Positions 21,101 to 31,700 of a stretch of 64,000 nucleotides of DNA are shown in pieces; positions within the stretch are counted from its first letter, which is position 1; each line of letters starts with the position of its first letter. Below the pieces are notes generated by a model. The model was not told where the DNA came from. It made no database searches and worked only from the letters and a program-made list of their open reading frames with translations. The DNA lies in IMG/VR virus record IMGVR_UViG_3300042894_001948. One strand, written 5' to 3'. The stretch comes from a virus. Lineage: Duplodnaviria > Heunggongvirae > Uroviricota > Caudoviricetes. The translations under genes and the position numbers were made by a program.

Positions 21101-22696
21101 AATGTTGCATATTCTACAGATTTTGGATCAACATGGGTATCAGGATCAGGGTTATCAAGTACTACATGGTCAGATATTGCATATGGCGCTGGTATCTTTG
21201 TTGCAGTTGCAACAGGTGGTACTACTGCGGCGTATAGCACAACCAATGGAGCAACATGGACAGTAGTAGTGTTACCAGTATCCGGAAATTGGTCATCTAT
21301 TGCGTTTGGTAATGGTCGATTTGTTATAGTGTCGAGTACGTCTGCAACACCATTATACAGTTTTAATGGGTCAACTTGGTATGCATCACCTTACGCAATT
21401 GCATCATCAATTCTTAGATACGGTGACGGTGTTTTTGTTGCAGTAAGAGAATCATTATCTAGTTACACAAGCGAAAGTGGTATTATATGGTCATCAAAAT
21501 ACCCGTTACCAACTGCTGGAATACGTACCGATATGGCATTTGGCTATAATAGTGCTAACGCTGGGAAATTTATATGTATTTCGGCTAATTCATATGTTAG
21601 CATAATTTCTGCAGGGTGCTGCATGCAAGCACGGGCTATTACAAAAGATGGTGCAATTTCCAAATTAAGTATATGGGAGCCAGGATCAAATTATATAAAT
21701 GCTCCAACAATCGTAGTTGCTGATCCGAATAATACAAATGAAGTATCAATAACATTACGTACTGGTTCAGGAGTACTAGCTAGCCCAACATTTGTTAATC
21801 GAGGTTCTGGTTATAATACATCATCTACGTTAATATCAGTAGTTGGTAACGGATATGCTGATGATTATCAACTTGGTATATCGTTATATTGTACTAATTT
21901 AACATCATTACCTGCACCTGGCGATAATTTAACAATTAATGGAAACTCACAAACGTACAAAGTGGCATCATCGACTATATTAAACGGCACAACAGCTCCA
22001 AATCTTAGTGCATTGTTAACAGTGTCACCTGGATTTACAATAACTACTTCTCCTAACCATGGAGCATCGTTTATAATTCGAGAAAAATATAGTCAAGTAC
22101 GATTAACAAATCATGACTTTTTAAATATAGGGTACGGCAATACATACCAATCGAGTTACCCAGGATTACCAAGTGAAACCGGATTAATGCCGCAAAACCA
22201 AACAGTTGAAACAAATAATGGTAGGGTGTTTTATTCGTCAACTGACCAAGATGGTAACTTTAAAGTTGGTGAATTGTTTGCAGTAGAGCAAGCAACTGGT
22301 ATTGTTACATTAAGTGCATCGCAATTTGGATTGCAAGGATTATCACAATTGAAAATAGGTGGTGTTGCTGTTGGTGCATCTGCGGTAGTAATTGAACAAT
22401 TTAGTACTGATCCGACATTCTTAGCTAATTCAAATTCAATTCTTCCTACGCAACGAGCAATTAAAAGTTATCTAACAGCAAGATTGTCACAAGGTGGATC
22501 AAATACATTTACTGGACAATTAATAGCAGGTACTGTAGTTGTCGGTGGCGCTAATAAAATTGGAAGTACACTCGGTGAAGGAAATAGCGGATGGCTAGTT
22601 AAAATGACAAATAAAGTAAACATACAAGGCCAATTTGGCGGTGTGGATGGAGATTTAGCAGCACTAAGTTTCTTTATAAAATCATGGAAACGTTAA
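15125..22696 (+). CDS. Giant multidomain tail fibre/adhesin (2523 aa)
   Basis: N-terminal W..Y..GD(I/V)VxYGG CBM5/12-like repeats; interrupted beta-helix (KSPYVQNVTTFG); WxxIAYGNGxFV propeller repeats; paralogue of 22749. Confidence 0.8.
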   Translation: MAEFKIGRFKFAWSGAWQTNYTYIRDMVVQFNGKTYVCIVPHTSDDFNQDIVHYTPDGEFTPYWSLMINGNTWVGPWEPTTSYGTGNIVIFGGYVYLCNTPHTSNSTFSDDNWDIFGQFTVWKGNWAVSTLYGIGDIVKYGGMNYICSVTHTSASTIDIGLEANIASWAIFNKSVQYKGSWTAAYRYKLNDVVKVGSNLWISTGGHSSGSSFSETNWTLWLAGLEYNSVWDNVTTYDKNDTVRYGGYLYVNKTSNNIGNAPSIESANWTLLTTSYEIKDDWSTAVSYKIGAVVRYHGRVYSAIANSTAQNPVAFAISTTYTASGSLGTTLKVNSSAGITIGMNVIGAGFTRGQTVVSIIDNVTVQLNEEPDDAVVNAQPLTFSGVNYIFWKLIIPGINWTNRWISNTEYAVDDLVRWNQGVFRCISNHSSTILNSPNLDTSNALWVLYIQDDIYNGTNNPGEFLTRNNGVNVALPIGASTNVLKTVDSTPTWSNIFTTPNVFYVATNGEDLPTRGTTWDIPWKTVAYACQQVGLGTLNPTARALLLSNVEFLVTDTYQWMLFQKYNNYAPFSSSTVIDQTKTLRDARFIVAAFIYDISRGANSQTVAATFTFFSKEKNNAFVTAGVAANMPIFIEALSRLFTVINLVMSNTALPTNNNYQLINAVPAPITQTIFPNQLIETTAVSKLITLQTIISTALLNQDTSLVPSPNQGLAATIFVKSGTYSELLPITISANVTLMGEELRSTVVQPIDAINTLCTHTDDDQNLFTVGTTVHMADGTPIQFVSINPVGELSTILGGVTPGQTYYVIGNSITETSFAVSLTAGSVTRVTLTRNTGFMNVYGGNALNDMFYVRNGTSIRNMTLTGLLGTLTAQNQYLTRRPTGGSYVSLDPGAGPDDVSAWIFRKSPYVQNVTTFGTGVTGLKIDSTLHNGGNRSVVCNDFTQIISDGIGIWCYGGNALVEAVSVFSYYGYAGYMAENGGKIRATNGNSSYGTYGVISEGYDNSESPIIGTVNNRATQATASVVSSLGANSNILKIQYDHAGSNYNNPVTNLIKNSNNFLTNWNIDNFVSIAQNTISPSGLSDGWMLTTTSSAYDAGQVAQQISIPPSGKVFTNISGTNISGSGIGATFNVTVTSAEYVVSVNLPGSGYVVNNTISIPGNLVGGNAGTNDITITVQSLTGTGIQTVMLSGIIPSNTIVPYTLSIYCKKGNAAAISLYAFFLGSSTKGSQLTYNFNSNTATVSSEDGGGVVPTQYSVIPITNGWYRISFTVYDILALNTTLEFRIYPRSRAGGTTGYTYVYGAQVERASTASFYLETSTQRYCSYANYRITGAGTGVVVEGNEIRSNAVFQARIFDTGLGLGGSGYINSSNNAQGGTSTYITLAQSDVNVANNYVGMRLFVNSGTGAGQYGYIAAYDTVSKNAYVLKESITPLAITNTTSGTNLITLNSSADVTTLYVNQPIQFIPATFTTSITSVGQDQITVSVAIGGLINTLTVSSTAKLRVGMAITFTGTTFSNITPNFSYYIVSIIDTATINISTSNGGVVLGLVSAIGLMTLNYPNSTSYIIGPTTNMVVNYAIQYTGATMAGIKVGTTYYIQDVIDSTNFTMASSLVSIIANATSSIDNSLTIDTSVNLKPFTPIIFTGTTFGGIVVHTKYYIHKIPTVTSITLTSSLLLRTATATTEVSNLITVDSTAGFVVGNPIIFVGPAFGGITSEQIYYIQVVNDAVSFTISTTTSGAAYNLSSATGSLIVKTANGTVSLSTASGTMVGTSTSPKLTLSAASGSMVGTFSAPLFGGVTSGTIYYVKTINVGSPNTITITATSNGSTAVSVTTAVGLMQIGEVGWDHINAGTPIVTNFDSSSVYFIEPKITSSLPNFEIALSVAPFASAIGIAYGNNTFIAIQTSSQTAYASTNGEVWTNLTLPVVATWTDIAYGNTYWVIISSAGTGSGSTVLVSTTNGDSWKTAYLPSISTWSDLVYGNGTFVAITSSTANVAYSTDFGSTWVSGSGLSSTTWSDIAYGAGIFVAVATGGTTAAYSTTNGATWTVVVLPVSGNWSSIAFGNGRFVIVSSTSATPLYSFNGSTWYASPYAIASSILRYGDGVFVAVRESLSSYTSESGIIWSSKYPLPTAGIRTDMAFGYNSANAGKFICISANSYVSIISAGCCMQARAITKDGAISKLSIWEPGSNYINAPTIVVADPNNTNEVSITLRTGSGVLASPTFVNRGSGYNTSSTLISVVGNGYADDYQLGISLYCTNLTSLPAPGDNLTINGNSQTYKVASSTILNGTTAPNLSALLTVSPGFTITTSPNHGASFIIREKYSQVRLTNHDFLNIGYGNTYQSSYPGLPSETGLMPQNQTVETNNGRVFYSSTDQDGNFKVGELFAVEQATGIVTLSASQFGLQGLSQLKIGGVAVGASAVVIEQFSTDPTFLANSNSILPTQRAIKSYLTARLSQGGSNTFTGQLIAGTVVVGGANKIGSTLGEGNSGWLVKMTNKVNIQGQFGGVDGDLAALSFFIKSWKR

Positions 22697-22711
22697 ACGT
22701 GAGTAATGCGG

Positions 22712-22719
22712 GATAAATA
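22712..22719 (+). promoter_or_regulatory. T4-like late promoter (GATAAATA)
   Basis: Recurrent octamer about 30 nt upstream of the 22749 start. Confidence 0.7.
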
Positions 22720-22748
22720 TATGATAATATACATAGTTGGAGTATTAA

Positions 22749-25700
22749 ATGGCTGAATTTAAGTTAGGTAGAATTAGATTTGTATGGCAAGGTCCTTGGA
22801 CTACCGGAACATCTTACATAGTTGACGACGTGGTAAACAGGGGTGGTAAAAGTTATATTTGTGTAGTAAATCATACGGCTGCGGCTAGCTTTACTACTGA
22901 TATTTCTACAATACCGAGTAAATGGAATTTAGTTGCAGATGGCACAAGTTGGAGGGGCGATTGGCTTCCATCTACAGCGTATGAAGCAGGCGATCAAGTA
23001 AAAAATGGCGGTATTGTATATATTTGTTCAACAGGTCACACTTCTGCAACTTATGTAACTCCTACATATTTAGGGTTAGAATATGATTTTTCAAAATGGA
23101 CTGTATTTGCATCTTCATTTAATTGGACAGGCGAATGGGCACCTAATAGTAGATACAAATTAAATGATTTAATAAAATATAGTGGTATTACATATATTTG
23201 TAATTTAAATCATATTAGTAGTGCCAGTACAACACTTGGATTAGAACCTGATTTATCAAAATGGTCTGTGTTTAGTGATGGTATTTCATATGTTGGAATG
23301 TGGACTACATCTACAAGATATAAATTAAATGATGTAGTAAAATATGGTGCAGATTTATGGATCTGTACATTGTTTCATACATCATCTACTTTTATTGATG
23401 ATTCAAGCAATTGGAGTATATTTGTTGCAGGTATTCAATTTGAAAACTCATGGAACAATGGAACAACGTATCAAGTAGGTGACATTGTTACTTATGGTGG
23501 TTATACGTATGTTGCAAAAACAGTTCATGAAAACAAAGCACCGATAGCTAATCCTAACGATTGGGATGTATTTACTACTGGTTTTAATTTTAGAAGTGAT
23601 TGGGATAGTACAACTGCATATAAGATCGGTGATGTAGTAAGATTGCATGGATATACATATGTAGCACTATTTGATAGCACTAATGATTTACCTCCTAGTA
23701 TAGTATGGAGTAAATTAAATTCTGGTATTTCATGGACAAACAATGCACAAACGTATACATCAGTATCTGGTACTAACGTAACAGGTTCTGGTACCGGGGC
23801 ACAATTTAACATTGTACGTTCTAAAACTGTATATACAATAACTGTAACTTCAGGTTATGCAGGTACTAGTTATGTTACTGGTAATACTATTAAGATATTA
23901 GGTTCAGCAGTAGGCGGTCTATCACCAGTAAACGATATTCTTATTACAGTTACTGCTACATCTGGTGAAATAACAGATATTACATGGACTGGTAAATCAG
24001 TAACTTGGACATTGGGTATTTCTTATTCTCTAGGTGATGTTGTAACGTTTGGTGCAAACAGTTACATTTGTTCACTTACTCATACTGCAGTACCTAGTAA
24101 TAGACCGGATAACGACACCTCTGGCACAAATTGGAATGCATTAGCATTAGGATCTGATGTTAACGCATTGACAACTCAAGGCGATATGTTATATTATGGC
24201 CAAACTGGTCCTACTAGATTGCCAGTCGGTATTGAAGGCCAAATTCTGCGTGTTACTAATGGTTATCCAACATGGTCAAATTATGGATTAATTAATAATT
24301 TAGTGTATGTAGGGCCATTAGGATCTGATGTTGCTGCTCCTCAGGCAGGATTAACTATTGATAAACCGTGGAAATCAGTTAGGTTTGCATGTCATCAGAT
24401 TGAACATGGATATCAAAATCCAAATGCTAAATCATTAATACTAAGAAACAAGCAATTTATTATTAAAGAAGTTAATAATTTTTTATCGTATACATATAAA
24501 GTTTCAATTACTGGTACATCAGGCGGCGCGTTAACCTCACCTAATACAGCAATGCTATCTGTAAATATGCCAATTCGTTTTGCAAATACAACTGGTAACG
24601 TGTCAATATCTACGACGTATTATGTTAAACAGATTCTTAGTTCAACATTATTTACTATTTCGACAGCAGTTGGTGGAACTGCATTTACTGCAAGTGGTTC
24701 GGGAACAAATACCGGTACATTTTATTACGATCAAACAAAAGCTGAACGTGATGCAGGTATTATCGTTGAAGCAGTTGCACATGATTTAAGTAGATTGGGT
24801 ACACAAAAAACTACTGCTGCTGCATTAGCATATTTTAATACCGCCGGTACAACTTATATTACTACAACTACTGGATATGAAGTATTACAATTTACCAGTG
24901 CTGTAAATTATTTGTCAACATTATTAGGAAATGTATTAACCAATACTATTCCAACTTTTAATTATCAAATATTAAATGGTGCAAGCGTTACTGCTGCACA
25001 AATTACTGATTTAACAATTACTGCAGAAACTGGAGTTGTTAGTACTGCACAGAATTTAGTTTCAATTGTTACTACTGGTCTTACTTCAGGATCTGCAGCT
25101 GCAGTACCAACTGCAATTGTTCCAAATACAACAATATCAGTTAAGACTGGAACATATACTGAAATTTTACCAATCGTGCTACCTGCAAATACTGCAATCG
25201 TAGGCGATGAATTACGTAATACTGTAATACAACCTGCACTTGCTAATCCTAATATAGCAACATCTGCATTAAAAACACAATTAGCACTAACACGGTTTAA
25301 AACAGTAATTCCAAATTTAATTGCAAATACTACAATTACACCTACTAGTGGAAATACTACTGCACAAGTTACAACATTACCTGCAGGTAGCACAGGGTCG
25401 TTGACTGCAATTAGTAATTTAAAAACTAGTTTTGATATTGTATACGGCTTAGTAGCAAACGGTTTGGGTGGAGAATCAAGTATTGTCCGTCCATTGCCGA
25501 CTGGCTATAATACCACATTAATAAATGTTGCGTATAGCGCAAGTGGAAATTTAACAGGTAACACTACCGGTTACGGAGATGCAATTACACAAATTCAACA
25601 AAACTATGCGTTTATTGCAGCTGAGATTTCAGCAGTTATCGTTGGTCAAGGAACTGTTACATCTGCATTTGATGCAAAAGGATATCGAGATACTTCTTAT

Positions 25701-28700
25701 ATTTTAGATTCATTAATTTATGATTTAACATATGGTGGTAATTCTCAAAGTAACATTGCAGGTAGTTCGTATTATTCGTTGTATGTATTAAGCATTTTAT
25801 CAGTTGACAAAACACCATTTGTTACTGCAATTACTCGATTAAAAACTATCATTTCGCCAATCATACAACAAACAGTACTTTCTACTGCACAATTTATTAT
25901 TACACAAAATGTATCAGGAACTGCAGGTTCTGTAAATGCTGGAAAATTTGCAGAAGAAAGATTACAAAATATTATTAATTGGATTAATAACGGAACTAGT
26001 GATACAGGAGTTGCACCATATACTGGTTGGACTAGTTCTGAATTACAAACTGCTTATAATGCGTTAATTAGCCAATCTAGCAATATCCAATCAGATGCAG
26101 TATCTTGGTGCCAGAAATATTTTCAATCTATACCATTTAGTACTACATTGGCATATCGTGATGCTGGTTTAATAATTAATAATTTAGCATATGATATGAT
26201 TTTTGGTACAAACTTTAATGCAATCCAAACAGGTCGTTTATATAATAGAGCAACTACACGTGAAATTGCATTAAGATCTACTAATGAATTAAAATTAACA
26301 CTTGGTTCAATTAACTTTATGTATTATAAAGCTAAACAAATTGCTGCAAGTGGTGCATCTGTTCAACTACAAACAACAATTGATGATATTAGTAATTTCT
26401 TAACAGGTGGTGCGTCACCTCCAAACATTACAATGCCACAACCGGCATTACCTGCATCATCATATACTGGTGTACCAGGTACTGTAATATCAGGAGGTGG
26501 TGATGGATTCGCTGCATTTACTATAAACAGAATTACTAATACCAATGGATATTATGCATACACGGTTACACCAACATCTGCTGGGGCAAATTATACTACT
26601 TCTAGTAAAATAAAAATATTAGGCACTAGTATTGGTGGCGCAACTCCGGTAAATGATATTGTTCTTAATGTAACACGAGTTACAACAGGCGGCGTAGTTG
26701 CGGCTACGTATTCTGATGCAATTGCAGCAGCTGGTTTAATTGAATCAAATAGACAATTTGTATTAGCTGAAATTATTGCATATATTGATACAAACTATTC
26801 ATCAATTACTACCGATTCTACATATTCTGTTACAAAAACACAACGAGATGCTAGCTATATATTAGATGCAATTAAATTTGATTTAATGTATGGAGGTAAT
26901 TGGGCGTCTCAGAACGCAGGAATGTCATACTATTCGGCACTATATGGTACACAAATAACATCAGGGTTTACTACTGCATTTGTTAATACTGTTGGGTATA
27001 TTAGTACACTATTACAATTGATTGTAATAGGTAACACCGTTAGTAGTCCGCTGCAAGTTGTTATACCGCAAGTTGTTCCGCCTATTACACAAATAGTAGG
27101 AGCACTAAAAGATGCTACTCAAATTGCTGCATTAACTACGATAATTACTAACTTTATCACTAATGGTTTAACTAACGGTGCTCCTGTAGTTACAGTAACT
27201 ACTATTGCAACACTTGATACATTTACATCAAACGGACACGGTTTAAATAATGGCGACATTGTTATACCACAAGCAACTTCAAACGGATTAGTTTCAACTG
27301 TTATTGGATATGGTACACAATATTTTGTAGTTTCGTCTAATACAAATACATTTAAATTATCAGCAAGTTACAATGGCGCTGCATTAACTACATTTACAAA
27401 TGGTACTGGATTATCGATTAAACTTCAAAAAATTGTTATGCCAAGTTTAACATGGGTTAACTCGACTGGTATTGCTGCGTATACTGCAGTTACTTCTCTA
27501 ATATCAACATATCAAACATCAGTTGTTACATATTTAACTACTAATTTTTCAGCGTTGCAATACCTTTCATTATACGTATCGCGCGATGTGAATAGTGTAG
27601 TAATTGCAACACTGTTAGATATGCTGTTAGGTAGTAATTATGCAGGAATACACACAGGCCGTGCATATAACAGACTACAAGATTACAAAGTACAAGGATA
27701 TGAAAAAACTGCAACGATTGCATCATTAAATTATTTAGAAACATTACTTTCTAGTACATTATCTAGTTCAGTTTATTCGTCTCAGTTGTCTAGAATAGAT
27801 ACTTCAATTTATTTAATTATTAAAATGTTAGAATTTGGTTCAGGAATTTTACCTGAAATCAACGGAACTGTAACATATAATAATAATTTAGGTATAATTA
27901 AAGGTTCAGAGATTTTACGTGCAAATATTCCATTTCTTACAGCAGAAGCAGTTGCGTTGTATAAAACTAGATTTGGTGGTAATGTTACTACAACTACTAC
28001 CGGGTCTAATGAAATTACAACAAGTGCAGCTCATAATTTTGTAGTTAACGATCCGGTAGTATTTTCCGGTGTAAGTACAAGTGGACTAGTTGTTAACACT
28101 ACCTACTATGTATTAACTGTTACGTCGCCTACTACATTTACTGTTACTGCAGTTGCAGGGTATTTAAACAGTAATCAAGGTACAGTATATCCTCCAGTAT
28201 CTGTAACTAGCTCATCTCCTACGGGATTTACAGTTGCATACTCATTTAGTCCTAATAAAGTTATTACTGATCTTACATATTTGTTAAATGGTATTGTATA
28301 TGATTTACAATATACAGGTAACTATAAAAGTTTAAGATATGTCGAATTGTTTAAAAATGAAATTAATGGATCACAAGCAAGCAACATGCTTTTAGTACGG
28401 AATGGTACTGGTTTAAGAAATTTAACAACTAGTGGTTTAGTTGGAACATTAACTAATCCAAATGCATACGGCACTAAACGTCCAACTGCAGGTGCATATG
28501 TGTCACTTGATCCAGGGTTTGGACCAAATGATTCAAATAGCTGGATCATAACTAGATCACCATATGTACAAAACGTTACTACGTTTGGTACAGGATGCGT
28601 AGGTTTAAAAATTGATGGCGCGTTACATAATGGTGGTAATAGATCTGTAGTTGCTAATGATTATACACAAGTGTTATCAGATGGTATTGGTGTATGGTGT

Positions 28701-31700
28701 ACAGGTAATAATTCACTTACTGAATTAGTATCAGTGTTCTCATATTACGGGTATTCTGGTTATTTGGCAGAATTAGGTGGACGGATTCGTGCAACAAATG
28801 GTAATAGTTCATACGGTACTTGGGGTGTTATTGCCGAAGGAACTGATGTAACTGAATTGCCAATCACTTGTATTTTAGATAATCATTCACAACAAGCACA
28901 AATTTCCAATGTATTTACAGATGGAACAAATAAAGTGTTACGTCTTGAATATAGTAATGCTGGTAGCAATTATACAAATACTGTAATGACAATTAGTGGT
29001 TCTGGATATAATATTGCAGCAACAGCTGACGAATTCCGTGATGCTGCTGTATTTGAAACTAGAATTATTGATTTAAATGATGGTAACGGGTATGGTGGTA
29101 CTAATTATGGTACTGCAATCAACGCTGCTCAAAATGGTACATCTACCTATATTACTATTGCAGCTACTGATATTGCGTTGAGCACTGCATATACAGGTAT
29201 GAGAATACAACTTACAGCAGGTTCAGGTGTTGGCCAATATGGTAATATTTTATCATATAATAATGGTACAAAAATTGCATTAGTATATAAAGATAGCTTT
29301 ACTAATTTAACAGTAACCGCAACTGCAATTACAAATAATTTGTTAACTGTTGCTAGCACTGCTAAGATGTATGTAGGAATGCCAATTTATTTAAACACTA
29401 CTGGTAATGGGTTAACTGCTAATACGTTATATTATGTTATTGCTGCAAACTTTTCAAGTACACAATTTGCAGTAAGCACTGTATTAGGTGGATCTGCAGT
29501 TACTATTACAGCAACTGGATCAGGATTAACCGTTACATTATATGCTGCAGGATGGGATCATGTAGTTGCAGGAACTGCTATTGTATCTACGTTAGATTTA
29601 ACTACTCAATATAGTATTGAGCCAAGAATTAGTTATACTGATCCGGGGTATGCTGCAACGGCAAGAACCTTATCAACAACCGGTACTTGGGGTGCTGCAA
29701 CTTACGGTAATAGTCGTTATATTTCTATTGCTACTGCTACTAGTAATTTAACACAGTATTCAAATGATGGCAAAACATGGGCTGCAGGAGGAACATTACC
29801 GTCATCTGCTAACTGGGCTAATGTAGTATATGGCGGCGGACAAGGTGCTACTGCGTATGCAGTTATTGGTGGTCTAGGCGGTTCTGGCGCAATTCTTACA
29901 GCAGTATTAGGTAGTGCAAACAGTGTTGGTGCACCGGGTGCAGATCAAGTATTAAGCGTAACTATTGTTAATGGCGGTGTTGGGTATTACACAGCGCCAA
30001 CTATTGTCTTTACTCCAGTAAGTGGTGGAACTGGTGCAATTGCAACTTGCGCAGTATTAAATGGTTCAATTACTAGTGTAACAATTATAAGCAACGGTAC
30101 TGCATATGCAGTAGCTCCTACTATATCTGCTGCAACTGATAGAGTTACAAAACTTGTAGTTACTGCATGGGGTACTGGTTATACATCAGCACCGACTGTA
30201 ACATTATCAGGTGGCGGCTCTAGTAATCAAGCAACTGGTACTGCAGTGTTAACTAATAATGGTGTTAGTAGTATTACAATAGGAAATAATGGCGGAAGCG
30301 GTTATACATCTACTCCGACTGTATCTTTTGTTGATCCTACTGCAAAATATGTTACTATTGCGTCTAATGTAGCAGCTGCAGCGTTTTTATCTGCATCATC
30401 GACTGCAACTACTAACTGGACTGCTAGTACAACAGTTCCTCAAGCGTATGCAGATATTGCATATGGTAATGGGGTGTACGTTGCAGTTGGAGGCACATCG
30501 GGTGCAGCATCAACCACTGATGCAGTTACATGGGTTTCGCGTACAATTCCAACATTAGGCGCAGGTACATATTCTGCTGTTGCATATGGTAATGGATACT
30601 TTGTTGCAATTTCGACAGGAAACTTAGTTACTGCAATTTCAACAAATGGCTTATCGTGGAGTGCAGGCGGTAGTTTACTATCGAATACAACATGGACAAG
30701 TGTTACATACGGTAATGGTAGATTTGTTGCAGTTGCAAGCGGCGCAAGAGTTACTGCATTTAGTATTGATAACGGTACTACTTGGACAACTTCGGCCAGC
30801 TTACCACCTGGTGGTAATGCTTGGTCAACTATTAGATATGGACAAGGTGTGTTCTTTGTAATTGCACAATCATCTACATCTGCAGCTACTAGCCCAGACG
30901 GTATTAACTGGACTTTAAGAACAATGCCAGGTACAAGTACAAATTGGAAAGGTTTAGCATTTGGTAGCATTTCAAGAAATCCGTTATGGGTTGCAACGTC
31001 AGCTACTTCAGGTACAACTGCAGCTTCGATTCGTACTGGTGCGCAAACACTAGGCAGAATGAAAGCATTATCAGGCATATTAAGCGAAATACGAATAATT
31101 GAACCTGGTTCAGGTTATCCAAAGGGTACAGTAACTGCATCAACAATAACTACAAACTTAATTACTGTTGATAATACAGAGAACTTAATAGATAGGCAAC
31201 CTGTAGTATTTACAGAGACTGGTGCTAGTGGATTAACTGCAGGTGTTACATACTATGTAATTGGATCAACTATTACAAGTACACAATTTAAAGTTAGTGC
31301 AACTGCAGGTAGTGCAACTGCGATAACATTAATTAATTCTACGTTAACTGGTACATATAGAGCAGGACCTATATTAACACAAACTGATCCTAATAAAGTA
31401 ATTACTGCAGCGTTAACTGTTAGGACAGGCGACGGTGCATTAGGTAATCCATCGTTTAGTAATAGAGGTACTAGCAACACAACAGCAACTGCAATTACAT
31501 TAGGTGACGGATATGCTGATTTATATCAACCGAGCACATATATTACAGTTAACAATTTGTTTTCAGTACCACAAGCTGGATCAAATATATCGTTCGCGTC
31601 AATACCTAACACATGGTATAAATTAGTATCTGTTGGTAATGTATTAGGAAACGCTGGAGAATACAGTGCAACGTTCCAGATTAGTCCAGGACTTAGTGTA

